From Okamejei kenojei (Eukaryota): a stretch of 64,000 nt of DNA. A program made the position numbers and the translations under genes. The notes beneath the pieces are model-generated. The model was not told the origin of the DNA, did not search any database, and saw nothing but the letters and a program-made list of their open reading frames with translations. The first letter of the stretch is position 1; each line of letters opens with the position of its first letter. The DNA is taken from NCBI GenBank assembly GCA_035221665.1, contig CM069132.1, positions 7,998,001 to 8,062,000 of the forward strand. The letters are read 5' to 3'. This document shows, one piece after another, positions 23,840-37,179 of the stretch.

Positions 23840-25265
23840 CCCCCGAAGTGGTCTCCTTTGCGTTGGTGAGACCAAGCGAAGACTAGGAGACCATTTCGCC
23901 CAACGCTTGTGCTCAGTCTGGCTCGGCCTGCTAGATCTCCCAGTTGTTAACTCCCTTTCTCATTCCCCACTGATCTATCTGTCCTGGACCTCCTCCATTG
24001 TCAAAATGAGGAGACATGCAAACTAGAGGAACAGCATCTCGTATTTTCCTTGGGTAGCTTACAATCCAATGGTTCAATGATCTGAATGGTGTCAAATTAG
24101 GACAAGGAGAGGTGCAACGAGACCTCGGTGTCCTTGTACATCAGTCACTGAAAGTAAGCATGCAGATACAGCAGGCAGTGAAGAAAGCAAATTGCATGTT
24201 GGGCTTCATAGTGAGAGGATTTGAGTATAGGAGCTAGGAGGTCCTACTGAATTTGTACAGGGCCCTGGTGACACCACACCTGGTGTATTGTGTGCAGTTT
24301 CGGTTTCTTAATTTGAGGAAGGACATTTTTGCTAATGAGGGAATGAGTAGGTTAATTCCCGGGATGGCGGGACTGACATATGATGAAAGAATGGATCGAC
24401 TGGGCTTATATTCACTCGAATTTAGAAGGATGAGAGGGTATCTTATAGAAACATAAAATTCTTGAGGGATTGGACAAGCTAGATGCAGTAAAAATGTTCC
24501 CGATGTTGGGGGTCCAGAACCAGGGGTCACAGTTTAGGAATGTGGTAGGGGTAGGCCATTTAGGACTGAGATGAGGAAAAACCTTTTCACCCAGAAAGTT
24601 GCGAGTCTGTGGAATTCTCTGCCACAGAGGCCAGTGGAGGCCAATTCACGGGATGTTTTCAAGAGACAGTTGGATATAGCTCTTAGGGCTAACGGAATCA
24701 AGGGATATGGGGAGAAAGCAGGAACGGGGTACTGATTTTCGATGATCAGCCATGATTGTATTGAATGGTGGTGCTGGATCGAGGGGCCAAATGGCCCACT
24801 CCTGCACCTATTTTCTATAGCCCAAAGGTATGAACATTGAATTATCCAATATTAGCAAACCTGCCACTCCTTTGCCGCCCCCACATCCGTCTCTGCCCTA
24901 CATAAAACCTACATGTGCACCATTTCTCTCACGATCCCACTCCCATTTGTCCTTCCCCCTGTCCCCTTCCACCTATAACCCTTCCTCTGATTTCACATTT
25001 CTCAACATCCTCCCTGATCTTGCATCCTGTGGTCTCTTTCTCATCTCTGGCTTTTGCCCACCCATCGGATAATCAAAACCCCCCTCCCACCTGTATCCAC
25101 CTATCACTTGCTAGGCTTGGTTCCCCCCCCCCCCACCCGCCCTCACCACAATCAGTCTTAGGAAGGGTACACCTATCCATGTACTCCAGAGATGCTCTCT
25201 AACCCGCTGAATTACTCCAGCTCTGGGGTTTTTTTTGTAATCCAGCATCTGCAGTTCCTTGCTTC
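23840..25265 (+). mobile_element. Penelope-like fragment split by a CR1 insertion
   Basis: VGETKRRLGDHF GIY-YIG-region motif near 23862-23900; resumes with ggtatgaacattga at 24827 and ends in the pLTR tail. Confidence 0.65.
24075..24818 (+). mobile_element. CR1 LINE 3' fragment
   Basis: LYRALVTPHLVYCVQF...GLTYDERMDRLGLYSLEFRRMRG; CR1 3' UTR. Confidence 0.85.
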
Positions 25266-25649
25266 TAAATTAATTTCCTTTCTGTACTAAATAAATAACT
25301 GTGGTCCCCACAATTTCTCAAAGGGAGAACAATTCTTCATCTCCTTCCCTGTTTTCCCTTTATTTTCTCGCTGTTTTTCAACTCCGCTCTGCACTGACTG
25401 CTTGGTCCACGTGGTGAAATCCTCAACACTAGTCCATTACATGCTGTCTGGGAGGCAGAGTAGGATAGGTTATAAAGCTGCTCCCTCACAGTGCCAGGGT
25501 TCAATCTTGATCTTTGCACAGTGAACTTTGCACATTTTCCCCATAACTGCATGGGATTTAGTCATAGATTCATACAGCACGGAAACTGATGCTTTGGTCC
25601 AACTTGCCCATGCCGACGAAGGCAACTTGAAGATGCCGACCAAGAAGGA

Positions 25650-25857
25650 CGGCACGGTGGCACAGCGAAGGAGCTACTGCCTTACAAAGTCAGAGACACC
25701 GGTGTGATCCTGACTACGGGTGCTTGTCTGGCTTGGTATAAATATAAATTGTCCCGAGCGTGTGTAGGATAGTGTTAGTGTGCGAGGATCGCTGGTCGGT
25801 GCGGACACGTGGGCCAAAGGGCCTGTTCCCACGCTGCATCTCTAAACTAAACTAAAT
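25650..25857 (+). mobile_element. HE1/V-type SINE, internally deleted
   Basis: tRNA head joined directly to the 3' half and ctaaactaaac tail. Confidence 0.65.
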
Positions 25858-26283
25858 TTGGCTCTGCGGGGATGAAAATATCACAATGGATCATTGCTTG
25901 GCTATTCTGGCTGTAGATATTTGCTAACTAATTACATGTTGGGTCCTGCCATCAAGAGAATGGGGATATTGTCAATGCCACCTCCTCCCTTTAACTGGTG
26001 GCTTGTCTGATGTCATTATCAAAGTTTACCAAATTACATAGGTTTATTACTATGTACATATCCCTTCCACCAATTGACATTATGGGTTATTTTTCTAAAT
26101 GTGAGTGATTGCTTTCCATTTCCCACCTCAATTTGTATAATTCAATCCATCGTTATTGAAACGATGATCAGATCCTTGGCTGTAAATGGCATTAGAGTCA
26201 GCCATGCAAAAGAAAACCCAATTAAAAATTCAAACCTCTCTATTCCATTGCCAAGCCTTGCATGGCGACCACAACGCACCCAA

Positions 26284-26596
26284 ACACGGTGGCGCAGCGG
26301 TAGAGCTGCTGCCTTACAGCTTGCAGTGCCGGAGATCCGGGTTCGTTCCTGACTACGGGTGCCGTCTCTACGGAGTTTGTACGTTCTCCCCGCGATCGCG
26401 TGGTTTTTCTCCGAGATCTTCGGTTTCCTCCCACACTCCAAAGACGTACAGGTATGTAGCTTAATTGGCTTGGTATAAGTGCAAATTGTCCCCAGTATGT
26501 GTTGGATAGTGTTAGTGTGCGGGGATCGCTGGTTGGTGCGGACTCGGTGGGCCGAAGGGCCTGTTTCCGCTCAGTTTCTCTAAACTAAACTAAACT
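26284..26596 (+). mobile_element. HE1/V-type SINE, full length
   Basis: A/B boxes, V core, tail (aaact)n. Confidence 0.85.
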
Positions 26597-29189
26597 ATAA
26601 TCTTTTTAAGCCTTATTGGCCATAAATGAGTAAATTATCAATCATTCTGACTTGCAAGGAAAAGAAAAGTGAAAATACACAACTACTAAATAAATAACTA
26701 ACAACAATTGTTGCCTTCGGGAGGTGTGTTTGATGGTATACATGGTAGAGGTCGGTCCATTCTAACGAAAATCTGCTTTCTAGGAGGTCCATCACTGCGA
26801 GGGTTCATTGTGTAAAAATATTCTGAAATAATCTTAAATGTTCATTTTTCAGCGCTTCATTGCAAAATACAAACCATTTATATTTTTGGCCCCAACTGTA
26901 TAGAGAGAATGATCTTCTCAGATTAATCTGACCCAAGTAATTGAAAACTGCTCACAAATCTCGCAACTATTTACATGGCCACTTAAAAAGGCAAATGTTT
27001 ACATGGGAAGTGAACAGAATTCAAATTAATCACTTGCAGCTTGCATTAATCACAGCATGCAAGGCAATCCAGACAGTTATGCCAAAAAGCAGGCATATGT
27101 CAGAAGTTTTTGCAACAGTTGTTACTAAGCACCCATTCGCCAGTTTCTGATGCTCCACAATTGGTTTGGCAGCACCAAAAACTGTTCAGACACATGCACA
27201 ATACAACTGTCACAAAAATACATCCTGTGCAAACGAGCAGCACGTACAGGAGAAAAGATTAGCTACTTTGAGTTCTCAGTTTACTCAGTAGCATTCTGAA
27301 TCACACAAGGAGAAATGTAAACAGAATTGAAAAAAGCAACTGCTATGCCAAGTTAACAGTTTTCAGAGTGTGAATGAACTGATTTAATTAGCACCTTTTA
27401 CAAAAGGATCAGATATGCAAGTCTCCTCAAATGAATTGAATTTAAACTGCGAAGCTTAGTGAATGGCGCATTGCACAGTGAATGGGGAATTGAAGGCTAA
27501 AGTTCTTGCCATATCAACTGCTTGGGATACTCATGTAATTAACATTCAAACTGCACGCAGCAACCTACAAGGGATTTATTTCCTTCACCTTTTTCTTGCT
27601 GTTTCAGCTATTTCTACAGGAAATGAGTGCAGTAACCCAACCAATGTCCGTGCATACTTCCAGGGAATGGAGACTCCACCAGACAAAAGAAGGAATAAAC
27701 AAAAAAAACAAGGTTATCAATGCAGAAAACCAGCCATGGATTACAACCCAGCTAGACACAAAATGCTGAAGTAACTCAACAGGACAGGCAGGAATGGTTG
27801 ACATTTCAGGTCGAGACCCTTTTTCAGTTTGTCTCCTATTATTGGATAGGAAGGAACTGCAGATGCTGGTTTAAACAGTAGACACAAAAAACTGGAGTAC
27901 CTCAGCGGGTCAGACAGCACCTCTGGGGAAAGGGAATAGGTGACTTTTCAGGTCAAGACACTTCTTCAGACCCTTCATGTCTCCTATTAACTTCAAACAC
28001 CTTTATTAACTTGTTGCAAATGTTATCATATTCCAGATATCAGATAGCACAAGCAGCACCAGAATCTGTTACAACCTACACATTTGTATTGAATTTACTG
28101 CGGGGGGGGGGGGGGGGGGGGGGAGCAAGACATGCGGCCATGCTACCTGCAAAACAGATTACACAGATACAACGTTACAGTACCATATTCAACTCATTTG
28201 TCAAAGAACACCACGTTCTTCAAAGTAAACATTGCCTATTTCCTTCACTCCATAGATGCTGCCACACCCGCTGAGTTTCTCCAGCACTTTAGTCCACCTC
28301 CAAGTTCTTCAATACGATTTTCATGTAATAAATTTGCGATGACTTCCATTTACTAGCAATTTATTTTCCAAATGTCAGAGTCTCCTGACCCCAATAAAGT
28401 CTTAAAGAGCATCAGAATCGCCTGTTCTCTAAGAGGATCGGGAACCCTCCTCTTGATTACCACCTACTGTCCTGACTCAAATAGTTAATCAATGCTTTCT
28501 TACGACTGAACAGTACTTGGAAGAAGTATTGAATGTAGCAACGTCACAGAATGTATTCTGTATGATCAACTTCAATGTCTCAACCATCTTCTCATCTGCT
28601 TAATCAAAGACCCTTCACTTGGCTGAATGAGTGTAGCTCAACATTTTGAACATTGACTTCTCTAACCTCTAGCCCTTGCTTTCCCTCTATCCTACACACA
28701 GGAGGGACAATTTTTACATTTACCAAACCATTTAACCTACAAACCTGTACGTCTTTGGAGTATGCGAGGAAACCGAAGATCTCGGAGAAAACCCACGCAG
28801 GTCACGGGCAGAACGTACAAACTCCGTACAGACAGCACCCGCTTCTCAGTTCTCCTACCTGTCTTACTGTCTCTGACTACATTTTATCTTTGTACCGTCC
28901 ACTCCCCTGACATCAGTCTGAAGAAGGGTTTCAACCAGAAACATCGCCAGTTCCTTCTCTCCAGAGATGCTGCCTGTCCCGCTGAGTTACTCCAGCATTT
29001 TGTGTCTATCTTCAATTTAAACCAGCATCTGCAGTTCCTTCCTACACATCTTTCCGGACAAAGCAGCCCACTTTATTGAAACCCCATCCATTGCCTTCAA
29101 CATTCTTTCCCCTCTACTATCAGTGTACGGAGACTGTATATGTAACTATCTACAAAACATGCTTTGGATGTTCAGTTGGGCAACTCAGT

Positions 29190-29501
29190 GGGCTACACAG
29201 TGGCGCAGCAGTAGAGTTAGTGCCTTACAGCGCCGGAGACCCAGGTTAGATCCCGACCACGGGTGCTGTCTGTACGCAGTTTGTACGTTCTGCCCGTGAC
29301 CTGCGTGGGTTTTCTCCGAGATCTTCGGTTTCCTCGCATACTCCAAAGACGTACAGGTTTGTAGGTTAAATGGCTTGGTAAATGTAAAAATTGTCCCTCC
29401 CGTGTGTAGGATAGTATTAATACGCGGGGATCGCTGATCGGCGCGGACCCGATGGGCCGAAGGGCCTGTTTCCACACTGTATCTCCAAACTAAACTAAAC
29501 T
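29190..29501 (+). mobile_element. HE1/V-type SINE, full length
   Basis: A/B boxes, V core, tail; partial inverted twin at 28687-28841. Confidence 0.85.
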
Positions 29502-30514
29502 CCAATCTCCAAAATCCGTGGCATCATGCACCATGAAGGGAAAGGGCAACAAAGGCATGGGAACATTATTACCCCTGTTGGAAATGGCCATGAAAAATGA
29601 ATACACTTTTACAGAATTGAGCAAATTACAAATCTGGATTGTCAACCGATTTGATCAAGGAAACGAGGAAAATTATGTGAGGGGTTAGTTAATATTATAT
29701 TTGTTGAAGTAATCTGATTTTCTTTGCAGCTTTTAGAACGGACTGTCGTCTGGTAATGAATTGCAGGAAATGTAATCCAAAGCGATTCACAGTTTAACAA
29801 AAGGTCAAGAATTGCAAAAGACGAACACTCAACTAAACCTACTTTTTTTTTTGCATCACCAGAATGGATGGTCCCAGAGGACTATATATATTAATCTGCA
29901 TTTATAGAAAAGGAGAAGGAGAAACCCAGCAACTTTGGTTAAACGATTTGGATGACAATGCAATTAGAATGGTTAGCAAATTTGCAGATGGCACCAAACT
30001 TGGCAGCACAGTGCACAGTGAGGAAGGCGACTTAAGTTTACAAAAGGACCTGGTTCAATAAGGATGTGGGCAAGGAACAGCAGATGGAATACAACTGGAA
30101 GAAATGTGAGGTGATGCATTTGGACAGGGCTGGGCTTTCACTGTAAATAATAGGAGAATGTTGTAGGGCAGAGAGGCCAAGGGATAAAGATACACAGTTC
30201 CCTGAAAACAGCAACACATGTAAACAAGAGCGGCAAAGAAAATTTGGGGGTATGCTTGCCTTTATCAATAAGGGTATTAAGTACAGGTGTGTAGGAAAGA
30301 ACTGCAGATGCTGGTTTAAATCGAAGGTAGACACAAAATGCTGGAGACAGGCAGTCATCGTCAGACTGAAGAAGGGTCTTGACCCGAAACGTCGGCCATT
30401 CCTTCTCTCCAGAAATGCTGCCTCACCCGCTGAGTTACTCCAACATTTCGTGTCTACCTTGAATAATGCAACACCAGTACATTTAGACAGGTACATGGAC
30501 AGAAAGGTTTAGAG

Positions 30515-31270
30515 CAGGGGTGGGGAACCTGCGGCCTTAAGATGGCCTTCTAGGCCATTAAGTGCGGCCTTTGAATGAATCCAAATTTTGTAGAACAAAT
30601 CCTTTTATTTTTATTAATATGTTTTTGTTCATCTTTTATTATTTTTATTTTAATGTTAAAATTAACGTATTTAAAATACCAAAGAGTAAAAGAAGATTCA
30701 ACGAAATAATCCTCCCTGACTGACGGTCACAATTAAAACATTAGTAAGTCATGAGGGCTATTTTATTGCCACGAAGAGTTAAAGCCCTGTCCCACTGTAC
30801 GAGTTCATTCAAAGAGTTCTCCCGAGTTTGCCTTTATTCGGACTCGGAGATTTACGGTAATGGCCACTCGTAGGTACTCGGGACTCTCGTGGATATTTTT
30901 CAACACGTTGAAAAATCTTCATGAGTCTTCCCAAGTTTACCGCGTTTCCCGAGTACCTGCCGTTAGCGTTACGAGCCGCTAAGAGATGTCCCCGAGCTCC
31001 GACGTACCCGCTATGTTCATTCTACATGCTTACCATGAGTTTGATTTTTTTTTTTAACTCGGGAGAGCTCTTGAATTAGCTTGTACAGTGGGACAGGGCT
31101 TTTACTCGCTTTGGGCACTCTTACGGGTAGAACACGAGGAATAGATTTCTTCAACAACTTTCAAGATAAATGTCGTGAAGTATATCTAATTAAAGTTTCT
31201 TGGATGTGGCCTTATTAGATTACAGCTAACTTAATGCAGCATTCCAACATGAAAAGGTTCCCCACCCCTG
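30515..31270. mobile_element. Non-autonomous hAT (Charlie-like) element with nested MITE
   Basis: 16-bp TIR caggggtggggaacct/aggttccccacccctg; 8-bp TSD gtttagag (30507-30514, 31271-31278). Confidence 0.9.
30782..31101. mobile_element. PIF/Harbinger-like MITE nested in hAT
   Basis: TIR aagccctgtcccactgtac / gtacagtgggacagggctt; TTA on both flanks. Confidence 0.8.
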
Positions 31271-32049
31271 GTTTAGAGGTATAAGAGCCAAACCAGTAAT
31301 TAGTTATAAAACCAGATGACCTGACTCTCAGACTCAATAATCCAAGAGAGAATAGAATGGTTTTGGAAATGTATGCAGTAACAAATAGTCATTAAGGGTT
31401 TGTAATGGCTAAATTATGTTTCACGAACTTCATCAAGTTGTGAATTATGAAGCATTGTACAAGCTCAGCAGATCAAGTCAGGGAAATTTCACCTCCACAA
31501 ATGCTGCCTGATCCGCTAAGTTGCTCCAGCACTTGTTTTTTCGCTTCGTATTCCAGTATCTGCAGCCTCTTTTGCCTTCATCAATTTATGTGATGAAGAG
31601 GATTGATGAAGAATGTGTCCGTTTCAAATGTACACTTTAAAAAATAATTTGACAAACATCTCTTTATAGATGTTACAACAAAATCAAGGCCAGTAGGATT
31701 ACGGGAACAGAGAACACGGGATTACGGGAACATGACAACAAGGATACAAAATGGGGAAGAGGATCTTTCATGTCAAAAGTCATTTTTTGAGGCATGTCCT
31801 TGTGTCCAGATAAATACTTTAAAAATGCTGTTATTATGGAAACGTACAAAATGCAGCAGCTAATTTGTGGAATGAAAACTTCCACAAACAATAATACAGT
31901 AATGATCATAATTGGGGTTTTTTTGTGATATTTTGAGGGGAATAAATTTGACCTGAACACAAAATTGAGAACAATGGTCAATGGCTGTTTATGTGTAATG
32001 GAGGAGCTGTATGGTGATCTTCTCCATATTTATTATTAAGCCCAGTTTA

Positions 32050-32313
32050 CACCTCAACGGTATGAACATTGACTTCTCCAATTTCAGGTAGTCCTTGCTT
32101 TCTCCCTCCTTCCCCTCCCCTTCCCAGCTCTCCCTCAGGCTACTGTATCCGCCTCTTCCTTTCTTCTTCCCGCCCCCATCAGTCTGAAGATGGGTCTCGA
32201 CCCGAAACGTCATCTATTCCTTCACTCCATAGATGCTGCCTCACCCGCTGAGTTTCTCCAGCATTTCTGTCTACCTTCGATTTTTCCAGCATCGGCAGTT
32301 TCTTTCTTAAACA
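32050..32313 (+). mobile_element. Penelope-derived pLTR insertion with 20-bp TSD
   Basis: ttattattaagcccagttta at 32030-32049 and 32314-32333. Confidence 0.8.
32180..32215 (+). ncRNA. Minimal hammerhead ribozyme core (Penelope-associated)
   Basis: CTGAAGA-T-GGGTCtcGACCC-GAAAC-GTC. Confidence 0.55.
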
Positions 32314-32446
32314 TTATTATTAAGCCCAGTTTATTTGGTTCTAGGTTAATCGTCTAGATTTGAGTATTAAATACAAGTTTGCTACTGGCCTTTAGAATAC
32401 AATTCTTCTGCAACACGCTAACAAAATTAAATGACAATAAGACATA

Positions 32447-32747
32447 GGGCGGCCCGGTGGTGCAGCGGTAGAGCTACTGATTTACAGCGCCAGAGACCCG
32501 TGTTCAATCCTGACTACGGGCACTGTCTGTACGGAGTTTGTACGCTCTCCCCGTGACCTGCGTGGGTTTTCTCCAAGACCTTCGGTTTCCTCCCACTCTC
32601 CAAAGAAATGCAGGTTTGTAGGTTAATTGGCTTGGTGCAAATGTAAATTGTCCCTAGTGTGTAGGATAGTGTTAGTGTGCGGGGATCACTGGTCGGTGTG
32701 GACTCGGTAGGCCGAAGGGCCTGTTTCCGCGCTGTATCTCTAAACTG
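32447..32747 (+). mobile_element. HE1/V-type SINE, full length
   Basis: A/B boxes, V core, tail. Confidence 0.85.
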
Positions 32748-33618
32748 ACCAGAACATGAGAGTTTTAGGTGGGCAATAAAATAAAGATCTAAAAAGGATG
32801 TTTATTGATTTAACTATTCTTTTATTTGTTCAAAGAAAAGGAGGAAATTTGACAATGAATCACCGTGATAACTGTGATCTGTGCAAGACTGTTTCTATTT
32901 ATGTACAACCTGCATCAGTATTGTCAGTGAACCTGAAATGATGTCAGATTACAGGAAATCACAATCTCCTGCAGGGAAATTTAACGATAACAATCCAAAT
33001 ACATCAGCATCCAACTGACCCATAGCTGGTTTACAATTACAAACACATATTCCCTTATGAACATGGATTACATTACTCATTACATGTCTCGGACAGGTTT
33101 GGAGGGATATGGACCAAGCGCAGGCAGATGGGAATAGTGTATCTGGGACATGTTGGCCGGTGTGGGCAGGTTGGGCCGAGGGGCCTGTTTCCACACTGTA
33201 TCACTCTATGACTCTGTCTGTAGCAATTATATTGAAATGAAGAGAATACATTTTAAAAACAGGTAAAGACCAATTTTAACAACAGATAAAGACCAATCAG
33301 ATGAGTAATCGGTATCACGTTAATTAAATCAGACAAACTGCTACTGAATAGTCTGTAATAAACTCATTTAAAATTGATGGAGAGAAGGAATTGGCGACGT
33401 TTCGGGTTGAGACCCTCCCTCAGACCGTGTCTCAACTCGAAACGTCGCCGTGTTTTTAATCATCATTATTACGGCCATTACCTCTATCAGAAACATGGAT
33501 GTCAAAAATATACACAAAGATAGACACATAAAGCTGGAGTAACTTAGTAGGTCAGGCAGCATCTCTGGAGAAAAGGAATAGGTGACTTTTCGGGTCGAGA
33601 CCCTTTTTCAGAGCACTA

Positions 33619-35469
33619 CAGTGCCCTCCATAATGTTTGGGACAAAGACCCCTCATTTATTTATTTGCTTCTGTATTCCACAATTTGAGATCTGTAATAG
33701 AAAAAAATCATGTGGTTAAAGTGCACATTGTCAGATTTTAATAAAGGCCATTTTTATACATTTTGGTTTCACCATGTGGAAATTACAACAGTGTTTATAC
33801 ATAGTCTCCCCATTTCAGGGCACCATAATGTTTGGGACACAGCAATGTCATGTAAATGAAAGTAGTCATGTTTAGTATTTTGTTGCATATCCTTTGCATG
33901 CAATGACTGCTTGAAGTCTGCGATTCATGGACATCACCAGTTGCTGGGTGTCTTCTCTGGTGATGCTCTGTCAGGCCTGCATTGCAGCCATCTTTAGCTT
34001 ATGCATGTTTTGGGGGCTAGTCCCCTTCAGTTTTCTCTTCAGCATATAAAAGGCATGCTCAGTTGGGTTTAGATCAGGTGATTGACTTGGCCACTCAAAA
34101 ATTGGCCATTTGTTAGCTTTGAAAAACTCCTTTGTTGCTTTAGCAGTATGTTTGGGATCATTGTCTTGCTGAACTGCCGGCCAATTGGTTTTAGAAACAT
34201 AGAAATTAGGTGCAGGAGTAGGCCATTCAGCCCTTCGAGCCTGCACCGCCATTCAATATGATCATGGCTGATCATCCAACTCAGTATCCCATACCTGCCT
34301 TCTCTCCATACCCTCTGATCCCTTAGCCACAAGGGCCACATCCAACTCACTCTTAAATATAGCCAATGAACTGGCCTCAACTACCCTCTGTGGCAATGAG
34401 TTTTGAGGCATTTGTTTGAACTTGAGCAGATAGGATGTGTCCATATGCTTCAGAATTCATTATGCTACTACCATCAGCAGTTGTATCATCAATGAAGATA
34501 AGTGAGCCAGTACCTTCAGCAGCCATACATGCCCAGGCCATAACATCCCACCACCATGTTTCACAGATGAGGTGGTATGCTTTGGATCTTGGGCAGTTCC
34601 TTCTCTCCTCCATACTTTGATCTTGCCATCACTCTGATATAAGTTAATCTTCATCTCATCTGTTCACAAGACCTTTTTCCAGAACTGTAGCTGCTCTTTT
34701 AAGTACTTCTTGGCAAACTGTAACCTGGCCATCCTATTTTTGTGGCTAACCAGTGGTTTGCATCTTGCAGTGTAGCCTCTGCATTTCTGTTCATGAAGTC
34801 TTCTGCGGACAGTGGTCATTGACAAATCCACACATGACTTTTGAAGAGTGTTTCTGATCTGTCGGACAGGTGTTTGGGGATTTTACTTTATTATAGAAAG
34901 AATTATTCTATCATCAGCTGTGGAGGTGTTCCTTGGCCTGCCAGTCCCTTTGCGATTAGTAAGCTCACTAGTGCTCTCTTTCTTCTTAATGATGTTCCAA
35001 ACAGTTGATTTTGGTAAGCCTGTTTGGCTGATGTCTCTAACTGTTTTATTCTTGTTTCTCAGTTTCATAATGGCTTATTTGACTTTCATTGGCACAACCT
35101 TGGTCCTCATGTTGATAAACAGCAATAAAAGTTTCCGAAGGTGATGGAAAGACTGGAGGAAAGACTAGGTGCTGAGAGCTCTCTTATACCTGCATTAAGG
35201 GGGCATTTAAACACAGCTGAACAATTACAAACGCCTGTGAAGCCATATGTCCCAAACATTATGGCGCCCTGAACTGGGGGGGACTATTTATAAACACAGC
35301 TGTAATTTCTACATGGTGAAACCAAAATGTATAAAAATACCCTTTAATAAAATCTGACAATGTGCACTTTAACCACATGTGATGTTTTATATTACAAATC
35401 TCAAATTGTGTAGTACGGAGGCAATTAAATAAATGGTGGGTCTTTGTTCCAAACATTATGGAAGCACTG
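33619..35469 (-). mobile_element. Tc1 (DD34E) DNA transposon, full length but decayed, IR/DR-type ends
   Basis: TA flanks (33617-33618, 35470-35471); about 220-bp TIRs starting cagtgccctccataatgtttgggaca; transposase pieces GTGRPR, VKHGGG, QQDNDPKHT...WPSQSPDLNPTE with 34 residues between D and E. Confidence 0.93.
34192..34393 (-). mobile_element. CR1 3' end inserted in the Tc1 transposase gene
   Basis: CR1 tail agaaacatagaaattagg; imperfect duplication caat..gtttt on both sides. Confidence 0.85.
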
Positions 35470-35629
35470 TATGTCCTGCGACTTAGAAATATCTGTTTCT
35501 ATTTTTTCCATTTGCCAACTATCGTCTATGACTCCAAAGATACAGCCAGCAGTTTACTCTGGATTAACAGCACACCAACACGTTCACTTCCTTGGAAGGC
35601 TTGGGATGTTTGGCATGTTCCCCACCTCA

Positions 35630-36180
35630 CCATCATCTGCAGATGTGCCGTAGAAAGCATTTATCTGGATGCATCACATGCTTTTGAGTACAGCCCCATC
35701 CAAGAACGCATGAAATTGCAGAGAATTGTGGACGCAGCCCAGACCATCACACAAACTAAGCTCCCTTCCATTGACTCCATTTACACTTCACGCTGCCTCG
35801 GCAAGGCCAGAAGCATAATCTAGGATGAGTCGCACCCCGGCCACCCCCCACTTCTCCCCTCGCCCATCGGGCAAGAGGTATGAAAACGCACACCTCCAGA
35901 TACAGCAACCGTTTCTACCCAGCTGTTACAACGCAAATGCACCATAACTAGAGAGCAATCCTGAGCTACTATCTACCTCATTGGAGACCCTTGGACTATC
36001 TTTGATCAGACTTTACTGGACTTTATCTTACACTAAACGTCATTCCCTTTAGCATGAATCTGTACACCCTGGATGGCTTAAATGGATGGCATGTATTGTC
36101 TTTCCGCTGACTGGTTAGCACGCAACATAAGCTTTTCACTGTACCTCGGTATGTGTGACAATAAACTAAACTCAAACTCA
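35630..36180 (+). mobile_element. Rex1/Babar-type LINE 3' end
   Basis: LQRIVDAAQTITQTKLPSIDSIYTSRCLGKA; terminal cactgtacctcggtatgtgtgacaataaactaaac. Confidence 0.75.
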
Positions 36181-36742
36181 TATACAAGCAGGCGCAACAT
36201 TATACCTGGTTGGAAAATTCCGTTTGCTTGCTGCTAAGTGCTATCAAACAACAACTGAAACTGCATTTGGTAAAAACAAGATCAAGTTCAGCTACTAGTT
36301 TCGCTTCGCAAATTATCACCACACACAATTAAGGTTGCTGGAGGTAATATACGCTATATGAATCACTGACTTCTGGAAAGAAGAAAGAGAGACAAGATGA
36401 GCATTAAAAGAATGACGCAAATCTAAATTAAATTTATTTTTAGATTGTCTTGCTCTTAAGGTTTACACGTGTGAATATTTTGTGATACTAACTTGATTTC
36501 ATTTTGAAGAATTCCTCTTTCATCAGATTCCCTTGTACCATCTCCATGGATCGCTAACTTTACATCCTGCACCAGGAAGATAAACACAGTTATAATTCAA
36601 TTATTTTTTGCTTAATTCCCAGGAAGGAGAAACAATACTAACAGAATGGAGCATGAATAGGGCGTGATTATGAATGCATTCTTATGTCTATTATTGTTTT
36701 TTAATCACCTCAAGAAGGAAAAGGAATAAAGAAAATGGGACA

Positions 36743-36985
36743 TGTAGGAAGGAACTGCAGATTCTGGTTGAAACCGAAGATAGACAATAAAGCTGGAGTA
36801 ACCCAGCGGGTCAGACAGCATCTCTGGAGAAAAGGAATCGGTGACATTTTGTGTCGTGTCGAGACCTTTCTTCAGACATATGACCAGTCTGAAGAAGGGT
36901 CTTGACCCAAAACATCACCTATTCCTTCTCTCCAGAGATGCTGTCTGACCCACTGAGTTACTCCAGCTTTTTGTCTGTCTTCAAA
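36743..36985. mobile_element. Head-to-head palindromic Penelope pLTR dimer
   Basis: About 100-bp inverted arms centred near 36880; flanked by aaatgggaca repeats. Confidence 0.75.
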
Positions 36986-37001
36986 CTAAATGGGACAATC
37001 G

Positions 37002-37179
37002 ATACTTTTTTGCATATCTTTCATTCATTGTTCTTTATCTCTCCACATCACCGTCTATATCTCTCGTTTCCCTGATCCCTGACCAGTCTGAAGAAGGGTC
37101 TCGACCCGAAACGTCGCCTATCTCCTTCGCTCCTTAGATGCTGCTGCACCCGCTGAGTTTCTCCAGCCTTTTGTGTACC
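37002..37179 (+). mobile_element. Penelope pLTR insertion with 16-bp TSD
   Basis: ctaaatgggacaatcg at 36986-37001 and 37180-37195. Confidence 0.8.
37084..37119 (+). ncRNA. Minimal hammerhead ribozyme core (Penelope-associated)
   Basis: CTGAAGA(37088-37094)-A-GGGTCtcGACCC-GAAAC-GTC(37113-37115). Confidence 0.6.
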
